Part shown: positions 53,590 to 64,000 of the stretch, one piece after another
How positions within the stretch are numbered: position 1 is the first letter of the stretch
How the letters are laid out: every line of letters begins with the position of its first letter
Assembly (NCBI GenBank): GCA_951406725.2
Contig: OX597814.1
Span: forward strand, 53,630,001-53,694,000
Source of the DNA: Octopus vulgaris
Taxonomy: Eukaryota
Direction of reading: 5' to 3'
DNA: 64,000 nt
The notes under the pieces: model-generated
Told to the model about the DNA's origin: nothing
What the model saw: the letters and a program-made list of their open reading frames with translations, nothing else
Databases searched by the model: none
Translations under genes and position numbers: made by a program

Positions 53590-54500
53590 TAGTGTTCTCG
53601 CTAGTCGCTGCTGAGACGTAATTTCGTCCCCCTCTCGATATCTATTATACTTTTAACACAGTACGTCCATAATCCTGTTCTAATCGATTTTTCAGTGTGA
53701 ATCACCATTTGTTGTTGACGATTGCTTCTTTCTGTCACCACTTGCCTAACTAGTTCGCTAATCTGGTCTCTAAAAGATTTGCACGCCGGAAAAGACACGT
53801 TCAGCTTCCAGCAACCAGGCCCATGATTATGAAGACTATTTATGTCAATCGTAGAGATCACGAATTTGTTGTCTATGTATCAGACGTCTTTAAATTGTGA
53901 ACAGTCTGTGTTAACTCTGGGTACTGATCAACAGAATACTCTATCCAGATACGATCTAGATGACTCGATCTGGTTTGTGTATGTCTACATTGGCACTTTT
54001 GAAAAATTCAGCCAGTGTCTGCCAGACAGTTGGAAACGCGTGAGCAAAGTTGCGAGGTTTTTGTTCCTCAATCACACAATATGGCATTCCACTCACATGC
54101 TAGCACAAGAGCAGTATGTTCCCACAAAAGACTCTTGATACCAAATGAAATATAACCACCTTATTTCTATCGGAGCGTAGACGGCTACTGACACACCATT
54201 TGGATAGAGGAAGATAGTCTCTATTGCGACATCCAGGCCTTTTGGAAACAGCACAGCAGATCCGCCTCTCAAACCCGGTCAACTTGAAGAAGCATACATC
54301 TCATAGCCGCCGGAGTTGGGTACGAAAACTCGCACCTAACTGATGGTGAACGCATCAATGTCCTCTGATCTGACACCACTGAGTTGATGGACTTGTTCTC
54401 AAGGTGACCACGTGCTAAGGAATTCACAATGTATATTCTGAGGAAGGGTATTTCAGATGAATTAGGGGTGAGACCACCTGTCTTTTTCTTGTGAAGTGAC
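53590..54500 (-). mobile_element. Tx1/L1-clade LINE fragment (APE endonuclease region)
   Basis: EWNAIL, SHLDRIWI and GPGCWKLNVSF motifs with stops and frameshifts. Confidence 0.6.
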
Positions 54501-54548
54501 TGAAAATCTCATTTCGAACAGTTGTGTTTCCATTAGTAAATCCTCATA

Positions 54549-54586
<38 letters not shown>

Positions 54587-54589
54587 CGT

Positions 54590-54639
<50 letters not shown>

Positions 54640-54789
54640 TGTCTTACGTAAGTCTTCTATTGACGTCAAGATAATTTCTTTTAGATTGCTATAAGTTTCT
54701 TGTGTTGCTTTTAGGATTTGTATGTTAGCATGTTATATTTTGGCGAGGTACAATCGTTCCGTTGCTTTTCGTTCTTTGCATGATACCTC

Positions 54790-56164
54790 TGACCTTGGTA
54801 CTCAGGAAAATAAACCTGAGGTACCAACTAAAGGAAAAATTCCAAACAATCAACCACTTCCTTTTCATGGATGATTTGAAACTGTATGGCAAAGATGAGA
54901 CACCAGTGGTTCCTTGGTGAACATGGTCCACTGTTTTAGTACTGATATTAGAATGGAATTGGACTCAAGAAGTGCGGAGTAATCTACCTAAAAAGAGGCA
55001 AAGTGCAGTCCCTAGAGGAAACGGAATTACCGAATAGCGTCTTGATTAAGCAAACTGAGACGCAAGAATACAAATACCTTGGTGTACTAGAGTGCAACGA
55101 GATAATGGAAAAGGAAATGAAAGAGCAACTAAGGATGGAGTATTTCCGAAGACTGAGGTTGGTGCTGCGCGTGGACAATATCATCACTTCAGTATGGAGC
55201 GGGGATTATAAAATGGCAAAAGAGAGAAATGAAGAAAATAGATTCCAATTCGAGAAAAATTTTGACAGTACACGGAGACTTCCACCCTAAGAGTGACACC
55301 GATAGGCTGTACTTGTCCAGAAGAAAGGGTGGGATAAGTTTCATCAGTTGCCAGGACTGTATCGAAGCAGAAGAAAACAGCCTAGGATGGTATATAAAAA
55401 ATGCCGTCGAGCCACTGTTGAAACACGAAGGCCGACGTCATCAAAACTGAAAATTGTATAACTAAAGAAAAATTCAAACAAGAAATAAAATTTTAAAATA
55501 TAAAGAAAAGCATGGAAAGAAAAATATGTACGGTCAGTTTGCAAGAGATATGAACGCCAAGACAGATACAGGTGGCTATAAATAAGGAGTGACCTGAAGA
55601 TAGAGACACAGCTCAAGAACAAGCGCAGCTCAAGAACAAGCGTTAAGGACCAATTATATGAAGTGCAGAATTGACAACACTATCGATAGCGACAAATGTA
55701 GAATGTGTGGGGAAAGGGCTGAAATGGTATGGCTCATTGTTAGTGAATACCCGAAATTGGCACAACGTGAATACAACCGAACAAATTGTTGCAGTGAATA
55801 AAAAAGAACATGTATGATTATCGACATAGTATGCCCCAGTGACAACAAGATCAATGTGAAAGAAAAAATAAACAACTATAACGATTTAAAGTGGGAAATA
55901 CGAAGGTTGTGGTCAATGAAGAGAGTAGACGTGATACCAATAGTAATTGGTGCACTTGGAAGTATCAGCATTCAGCTACTTGCATGGCTGAAACAGATCG
56001 GTGCAAGTGTGAAGGTAGAACACCTACAATAATCAGCATTGCTTGGAGCTGCAAGAATTCTTCACAGGGTACTTGAAGTATGACCAGTAAACAAGTGTCA
56101 CCTTAGTCTACTGGCTGTGGGCAGCCTACACCATCATAGCCAGCAAAATAAGCTGTGAGTTTTC

Positions 56165-56229
<65 letters not shown>

Positions 56230-56240
56230 GTAATAATAAT
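54790..56240 (+). mobile_element. R4/Dong-clade non-LTR retrotransposon, 5'-truncated
   Basis: NHFLFMDDLKLY (RT), YKYLGV, DRLYLSRRKGG, CRMCG zinc knuckle, IIDIVCP..EK..Y.DL (restriction-like endonuclease), IPIVIGALG; (TAA)n tail at 56167-56240. Confidence 0.9.
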
Positions 56241-57609
56241 CCTTTCAACTATAGGCACAAGGCCTAAAATTTGGGGGAGGGGGATAGTCGATTACATCGA
56301 CTCCAGTACTTGACTGGTAGTTAATTTATCGGCCCCGAAAGGATGAAAGGCAAAGTCGACCTCGGCGGAATTCGAACTCAGAACGTAACGACGGGCGAAA
56401 TACCGCTAAGCATTTCGTCCAGCGTGCCAACGATTCTGCTATCTCACCTCACAGAGCCTGAAATTTTGAGAGAAGGTTTAGTCCATTACATCGAATCCAG
56501 TACTCGGCCGGTAGTTATTTCATGGATCCCGAAAGGCAAAGTCAATTTCTATGGAAGCTGAACTCATGACATCTGATTTAACACAAGGCCAAATTTGGAG
56601 AAAAGAGGTCAGTCAATACTATTGACCCAATACTTGACTAGCACTTTTATTTCATCGACATCGGGGAGATGGCATGTAGATTTCAGTGCAACATGAACTG
56701 AACTCAATACGTAAGTAGTTGAAAAGAATGGTTCGGGACATTTTTGTCCAGCACACTGATAATTCTGCCAACAAAGTAATGTAATACCATTTCCAATATA
56801 AAGTACTGGTGTATATTTTCTTCTATGTAAATTCTCTCGGGTTACATAGCGATGCAAGTTTACCTTTGGTGCAACAAGCTTCGTGTCAATTGCTTACATA
56901 AATGAAATATTGTTTTAGTATTGACATTAAATCGACTCGTTCGCTGTTCGAGTTGATTTACACAGCATGAAATTTACACAGTATGAACAGGGCTTCAAGT
57001 TAGAGCTCGAATTGAATAACATATATATTATTATCATTATCTTTATCATTCATATCTGCATTTTATCACTTATATTTGAACCCTTCATATTTATTATGTA
57101 TCATTTTTTTATTATAAACATTACTTGCATTTTTCTTTATGTTTCTAGTGTTCCTAGTTCTTCATAGTTATCTTATTTTTTAATATATTCGAGATATATT
57201 ACTTAACGAGTGTGTTTATATGCATCTGGGTATATATGTATGCATATGTTTGGGTGAATTTTTTGTATATATTCTTGTTTCTCTCTGCATGTATAAGCAT
57301 ATTGATTATCGTCTTCTACATATACATCCATACATTTCTTTATGAATATATTTTTATACATTTGCCTGGCTTCATACGTGTGCCTATTTTGCACATGCCG
57401 TCTATATATACTATATGTATGTGTATAGATAAATACGGAGAGGGGGAAGAGAGAGCAAGCATGCGCAAAATAGGCACACATGTAAAAGCATATGTATGAA
57501 ATATACATGTATACATATATATATATGAGTTCGTGTTGAGTTGTATGGAACGTTAAAAGCCTATATCAGTTAGTGATAGTGGGTAGTTCCTGCTGATGAG
57601 CGTATCCTA

Positions 57610-58777
57610 TAGCTCAGACGCCCCAAACTAAAGAAGGATTTACAACCATACATACCCACGCACAACCCCCGAAGCAATTAAGCCTTCAACACCATCCTCC
57701 AGAACATCCCTTTACTAAAAAGGAACCATAGAATGGATCAAATCTTCCAAACGCACATCATCATAAAGAGCAAAAGGCAACTCAAGTCAATGAAAAGTCT
57801 TCTCACACAGGCCCAAGTACGCTCGTCAACAGCATCGAAACCAACAGTAAAAAAAATGCAGAAGATCTAACTATGGTATATGTGTCAACCTAACTGAAGT
57901 ATCGGAATTCTCTTTCAAACAGGGTCACCGTTTTACAGAGAAAAGCAACTTCACATGGGTTTCGGAAAACCTAATATATGTATTAACTTATTTAGGGTTT
58001 CGAGAACAATATAGTGGTCAAACTAAAAACAGTCTACGCTAGAGGATGACGGTACATAGACCCCACATTAAAATACGAGAATACAGAAAATAGGATTAAG
58101 CGAGCACATCACGCGTTAGCGCCACTAACGAAAAACCCAACTTTAGAATTTTTCCCCTCTATAAATTTAGGTACAATGCAATCTATAATCAGTGCATTAG
58201 CAAAGAAGCATATTTTATCGCTAAATATAAACCTATTTTGAATGCCGCCACCTCTACAGATGAAACTACTAGAAGAATTTAGAATAATTCCAACCACTAC
58301 TACTAAGACCACAACAGGTCACTTTTAGGTCATTTGACCATTAAAGATTCCACGAACAATTTACTGTATCACAGCACTCCTGTATTTTTCTTTTCTTTTC
58401 TTTCTCTTTCTCCCTCATCTTTCCTTACTCCTACTTCTCTTCCTCCTTTATCTTCTCCTTCACCTCCTTCTTTTTCTTCTTCTTCTCCTTCTTCTCCTCC
58501 CCCGGCTGCTACTACTTAAAGCATCAATTCTCTGTACCCAAATTATTCCTTCAGATTTACTACTACCCACCTACGAGATATTCACAAACGAATAGAGAGA
58601 CAGACTATCTGAAAACTATGGAAATATTTACCTATTTAAAGACTGAAAATATCTACAAACTCCAATTCAATTATTTTTCTTATTTTACTCTTAGTTGAAA
58701 AAGTCTAAAAGACGGAAACCAGTACTAAAACGTACTTGATGATGAAAATATTTTAGTATTTTACCTTGTCTTATTTT

Positions 58778-58780
<3 letters not shown>
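57610..58780 (+). mobile_element. Penelope-like element, 3' part with pLTR, decayed
   Basis: GIY-YIG remnant ENLIYVLTYLGFREQYSGQTKNSLR; hammerhead-like motif at 58691-58728. Confidence 0.75.
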
Positions 58781-58814
<34 letters not shown>

Positions 58815-58818
<4 letters not shown>

Positions 58819-59452
58819 ATCATTTATAGAAATACATAAATCCGGAGGAGAAGTACACTCTAAGATCCAGAGCAGTTAATATTATAATGGGGTAGGCTGC
58901 TCTATGGGGTTATCCTGGGTTCATAGATCATAAGGGATTTAGCCTTGCGGAGTATCTTCAAACCCAAAACACTGCTGGCCTGAGACCTCTTTAAGATATG
59001 GAGGGGGAAAAGCTTCATTTTTAAGGGTAAAACCCTAGGTGATTATCTTCCTTTGCCATTGTCCATCGATCTTCGACCGCGCTGCCATCATACGGTCACC
59101 AAAACACCACGAAGGTAAGCGATTGTCTCCCTTCGGCCTTGGCTATTGGTTTCCGGATGTGGGGGACCTTCGTAATCACCATTAAACTCATCCAACTCTT
59201 TCCGAATCATCTGCACTGTCCTCAGATTGACACCCAAACACTGAAATGTTCGTATTGGAGCTTCCGGTGCGAATACTGAGCAGTACAGTATGTTGTTTTC
59301 AAATTTCTGGCTGAGGTAATTGCGTCATGGTGCTGTTTTTCTCACAGACGGTGCCCAACTGACCCTATTATACTGTTTAGATGACAAAATCAAAAACAAA
59401 CAATGCGCATGCGAGGATTAATAATATAGAATGGCGACAATTTGCCCATCAC

Positions 59453-59458
<6 letters not shown>
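58815..59458 (-). mobile_element. Tc1/mariner-type transposon 5' fragment
   Basis: TIR-like TAGGGTGTGATGGGCAAATTGTCGCC next to (TA)n; decayed HTH-region coding sequence. Confidence 0.5.
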
Positions 59459-59507
<49 letters not shown>

Positions 59508-59638
59508 CAGAGTAAGCACATAAATGCGAAACCAGGTGGGGAAAAATAGTACTCGAATACCAGAAGTAGAGTAATATGCTTTATTAAAAAGCAGCAAAAA
59601 TATTTTTGCTGCTTTTCAATTATATATATATATATATA

Positions 59639-60021
59639 TCTCTATATATAAACGGCAGTTTGTCTGTGCGTGTTTCTGTGTGTCTGTTTGCTTGTACCTT
59701 CACCCTGACCACGGCTTTCAACCGATTCTGATGAAACTTGACACACACATAGCCCAATGTCATAATTCAAAACTAACGCAGCGAAAATTTTGAAAAGTTC
59801 CCCCAGTTCTGAAAAAAAATCGATAAATTCGACATGGGGTCGAGAATAAAAAAAAACAAACCACAGACTGTCTAGGGGACGCAACTCAACCTTTTTTTAC
59901 TCTCAAAAAAAATTTACCATCATTTTTTTTCCATTTTTTTGCTATTTTTTGGCTATAACTCTCTAAAAATGCTTTATAGTTATTTCCCTTACAAACCCGA
60001 GCAACGCCGGGCGATACTGCT

Positions 60022-60023
<2 letters not shown>
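59639..60023 (+). mobile_element. Non-autonomous Helitron
   Basis: A|TCTCTATATATAAACGGCAG at the 5' end; same 3' hairpin as 26102-26496, ending CTTG|T. Confidence 0.85.
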
Positions 60024-60068
<45 letters not shown>

Positions 60069-60074
60069 GTATAT

Positions 60075-61262
60075 GGAAACCCCTTTTCAACCTACATTCA
60101 AAACAACTGGAAAAGATATTTTGATGACTGCTTCATCCTCTGGAATGAAAGTATAGAAAAGCTTAATGAATTCCAAACACTTCTAAATAGAATAAATGGA
60201 AACTCCAATTTACGATAGAGTAGAACCAGGAACAACTACCGTTTTTAGATATCCCTATTGAGAAAGTCGGGAACAAAATAGAGACAGATATCTATTGCAA
60301 ACCCACGGACTCGAAACAGTACTTGCCATTTGATTCTTGCCACCCAGATACACCAGGATGAATATCCCATTTTGTTCAGCAAAAAGAATATGCGCAATAG
60401 TATCAGACGCAAACACCCGTTTCACACGACTGCAGGAATTGAAAACCACACTCATCAATAGGAATTACCCACAACCTTTAATCGACAATATGATCCAATG
60501 AGTACTTAAATTAGATACACAAGAACTTAGACAACCAAGACCAGAGAAGGAAGAAAAATTGAAAACCCTGCCTTAAATTTCCACACATAAACCACATAAC
60601 AATGAGGCCTTCAACACTATACTCCACAGCACAACTCTATTCAAGAGAGACCCAAAGATGAATCAAATCCTCGAAACACACACAATCATCAAAAGTAAGA
60701 GACAACCGAAATCAATGAAAAAGATTTTAACCTAGGCCAAATTACACGCAACAAAAACCACAAAGCCGACAGTAAAAAAGCGCGGGAGACCCAAGTGTGG
60801 GATCTGTAACAACATAATAAAAGAATCAGAGTACCGATTAGAACAAGGCCATAATTTCACCATAAAAACTCATTTTACATGTGCATCGGAGAACTTGATT
60901 TACTTAATTACATGCTCGGTATGTAAACGGCAATATATTGGACACACAAAAAACAGCCTACATCAGAGGATGGCGGTGCACAAATCTCAAATAAGGATTC
61001 CGGAATACAGGAAAATACCTCTCAGCCATCGATGACTGTGCATCCAACAAATTTCCCAAATTCACAAGGTTTCCATTATACAAATTCAAAGACAATGCTA
61101 GCCAAAATGAACGCATTAGCAAGGATCGAGTCTAAATTCTTTAAACTCGCGGTCTCAAAGCGACGAAAATATTTTGACAAATTAAATTTAAATGTTGATG
61201 TGAATCTAACGGTTTTGTGTGTTTCTTAAATGGCTTATAAACACCTTCCACACTGCAATTGT
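60075..61262 (+). mobile_element. Penelope-like element: RT plus GIY-YIG pseudogene with a 3' pLTR fragment
   Basis: WKRYFDDCFILW, QLPFLDI, YCKPTDSKQYL, ENLIYLITCSVCKRQYIGHTKNSLHQRMAVH; pLTR at 61147-61262. Confidence 0.9.
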
Positions 61263-61799
61263 GTATATATATATATATATATATACGTAAATGTCGAACG
61301 ATATATATAGTCTTTTATTTATTTCAGTCATTAGACTGCGGCGATGTTAGGGCACCGCCTCAAAAAACTTATAGTCGAATGTGTGTGTGTGTGTGCATGT
61401 CTGTGTGTGTGTGTGTGTAATAGCAGCTCTAATAAAGTAAACATTACCGATGTCACCTATTTGATGTATGTGTTTTCTTTACGCGCTTATTTACTGCGGA
61501 ATTGCGAATGTTAAAAGACACTCAATACCTCAAACCGAGACAACTCGTTCTATAGGTTCACGAAAACGATAGATTTTCACTGTTATTTCTTCTCATTAGC
61601 ATCGTATACCCAAGTGACTGCGAAACGAATTTAATGCGCTGGTCTAAAATATATATGCAAATTATGTAGGGTCAATCTTCTGATGTCCAATAGCGCCGCA
61701 CAAGTAAGACAAATTAAATTCTGAAAATTTGAACTATGAGCAGCTCTGATATCATAAACTTAATCGATGTCGCATGCCTATTGTTTGTGTTTCGTTTAG

Positions 61800-61931
61800 G
61801 TACTTCTTGACTGCAGGATTGCTTCAGGTCGTTCTGAAGCTGCGAATAATTCAAAAAGGCTGCACATCAGCAGATAGACTCTACACTATTTTCATATATA
61901 CCTCAGATCAGCGAAACCAATTCGTTTCGAG
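61800..61931 (+). other. Candidate 132-nt plus-strand exon
   Basis: Acceptor ttgtttgtgtttcgtttAG, donor GAG|gtgagt; one open frame YFLTAGLLQVVLKLRIIQKG...; upstream donor at 61704. Confidence 0.35.
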
Positions 61932-61941
61932 GTGAGTCGAA

Positions 61942-62011
61942 TATACGATTCCGGTGATCGGGTATACGATTCCGGTGATCGGGTATACGATTCCGGTGAT
62001 CGGGTATACGA
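61942..62011. repeat. 21-bp tandem repeat, 3.3 units
   Basis: TATACGATTCCGGTGATCGGG x3, perfect. Confidence 0.95.
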
Positions 62012-62123
62012 CGCCGATGTATAACAGCGATATATCAATATCCATCGTTCTCGTTTACCAATGGGGCGGGTGACTCTGACGCCATCCCGTAGCTAAAAAG
62101 AGCATGAACAAAACACAAACATT

Positions 62124-62166
<43 letters not shown>

Positions 62167-62342
62167 GGCGGGCGTGCGGGCGGGCGGACGGGCGTGTGAG
62201 TGAGTGTTTAATTTCTTACTTACTTTGACCATTGGACTGTGGTCATGCTGAAAGGTTCTAGTTGAACAGTTTTATTTTTACATAAGTTTATCAGTTGCTA
62301 GGAACCTTTCGAATAGCTTCAGTGGACAGTTTCGTCAATATA

Positions 62343-63583
62343 TTAGGTTGTCAAGAAAGTTCTTGTGGTTTTTAACCTTTAAATTCAGATGCACATATCT
62401 CGACTCAAACAATACTTTATTAATCGAAATAAACACCATCAGAATCAACACACTTTTGCCAACGTGAAACAAGTTTATTTATGCCAGTAGCGTAAAAATC
62501 CTGTGTTCTGGTGGCGAGGAAGTCGTTGAAGGCTTGGTTTTTGAAGCATTTCTCACACGGGAAGTTGTCGAGATGCTTGAAAAAGTGGTAGTCGGTAGGC
62601 GAGAGGTCTGGTGAGTATGGCGGATGAGGCAGAGTTTCGTAGCCCAATTCATTCAACTTCTACAGGGTCAGTCGTGCGACGTGCAGCCAAGTGTTGTCGT
62701 GGAGAAGAATTGGTCCTTTACTATTGACCAATGCTGTCTGTTGTTGTCGGAGTTTCTTATGCATTTCATCCATTTGCTGACAGTACTTCGCCGTAATGGT
62801 TTCGCCTGGATCCAAAAAGCTGTGATGGATAGGACCGGCCGCAGACCACCAAACAGTCACCATGACTTTCTTTTGGTGCAACTTTGGCTTCGGAATGTGC
62901 CGTGGAGCTTCGTCGGCGTCCAACCACTGAGCTGAGCGTCGCCGATTGTCGTAAAGAATCCACTTTTCATCGCAAGTCACAATCCGGTCGAGAAACGGGT
63001 CGTTCCTGTTGCGTAAAATAAGGGAAGACGACACTTCAAAACGGTGTGTTTTTTTGTTGGTTTTTTTTTTGTCGTTCAATTCGTGCGGCACTCATTTCTC
63101 AAGTATTTTTGTTTTTCCAATCTCCTTCAAGTGGTTGGAAATTGTCGTAACGTTACGTCTAATTCAGAAGCAAGCTCTCGAACAGTTGTGCGTAGATTGG
63201 CTTCGACTATGGCTCTACGCTTATCATCATGACTCTCGTCACTGCTACGAAATTTCTTGAACTACCATTGTGCTGTACGTTCATTAGTGGTTCCTGGACC
63301 AAACGCATTGTTGATATCGTGAGCTGCTTCGGCAGCTTTTCGGTCTAGCTTGAACTGGAATAAGAAAATTGTGCGAATTTGCTTTTGGTCCATGTTTTAT
63401 TCAACGTTTCGGGAAAAAATGGCCTAATTATTCAAAAAGGAAAAGAGTAACACGATTAGATAGAGCGAAAAACGGGCTTTAAAATGATATATAAAGTCAA
63501 AGTATTTTAACGAAAATAAATTTGAAAATACATCATTTAAAACCAAAATTAAAAATTCCGCAAGAACTTTCTTGACAACCTAA
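62343..63583 (-). mobile_element. Near full-length mariner (Hsmar1/cecropia-like)
   Basis: TIRs TTAGGTTGTCAAGAAAGTTCTTG / CAAGAACTTTCTTGACAACCTAA with TA TSDs. Confidence 0.95.
62420..63393 (-). pseudogene. Mariner DD34D-type transposase, disrupted
   Basis: MDQKQIRTIFLFQFKL...PHEL...RIVTCDEKWILYDN...LLHDN...HPPYSPDLSPTDYHFF, with a stop and frameshifts. Confidence 0.9.
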
Positions 63584-63971
63584 TACAATGACTTGTATGT
63601 CTACTTAATCAATAAATTAATCAATAAATTAACGGAACAATTAGTCCAGTACAATTCTCTTCAGAACTTAAAGTAATTGTGGTAGATTTTCAAATTCTCG
63701 TTCAGACATACTTCCCCAAGCATCCTGCATACAAATCTGAAGAGGCTGATTGAGATCTGACCGTTCCATTTGTTTATTGCTAAATTGATTAATTAATTAA
63801 TTAATTAACTATATATATAAGCCATTGTATGGCAATGAAGCAATTTTTCAAGCCATTCAAAATGTTCATAACTGTGAATAATATCACGTAAAACCTAATT
63901 CTTCATTCTTTGTCTGATTCCACTTATAGCCTGCGATTAATGTACCAACCAATCGACTTGGGAATAACTTC

Positions 63972-64000
63972 CGATAGGAGTGCTGAAAAGTTCCTGGCTT
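63972..64000. mobile_element. Probable start of another mariner-type TIR at the window edge
   Basis: GTGCTGAAAAGTTCCTGGCTT resembles mariner MITE termini. Confidence 0.35.

Noticed and set aside
53563-53600. TTGATAA-CGGTC-GAAACGCATC, a possible further U3:A8 hammerhead
   Set aside because: No convincing stem I or stem II.

Overview
AT-rich, repeat-dense eukaryotic DNA. The SINE, Penelope, Dong/R4 and microsatellite content most resembles a coleoid cephalopod, probably Octopus (inference). Almost all six-frame ORFs are microsatellite or transposon artefacts. Elements seen: Chapaev3, Gypsy LTR, mariner/Tc1, Merlin-like fold-back MITEs, Helitrons, Penelope-like elements, R4/Dong, Tx1/L1 and RTE LINE relics, and three tRNA-derived SINE families. 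A minus-strand host gene can be assembled from five small GT-AG exons (16, 41, 20, 125 and 50 nt) that splice into one open frame; I do not recognise the protein. Most notable: (i) an intronic inverted copy of the 41-nt exon that would bury its 3' splice site in dsRNA next to a 20-nt microexon, a candidate ADAR-editing or splicing switch; (ii) several hammerhead-ribozyme-shaped motifs, some tied to Penelope elements, whose C3:G8 tertiary pair is swapped to G3:C8 or U3:A8; (iii) a probable Helitron 3' transduction of 1.4 kb; (iv) a roughly 400-bp fold-back MITE just after the gene's stop codon. All calls are by eye, and repeat boundaries are approximate unless stated otherwise.
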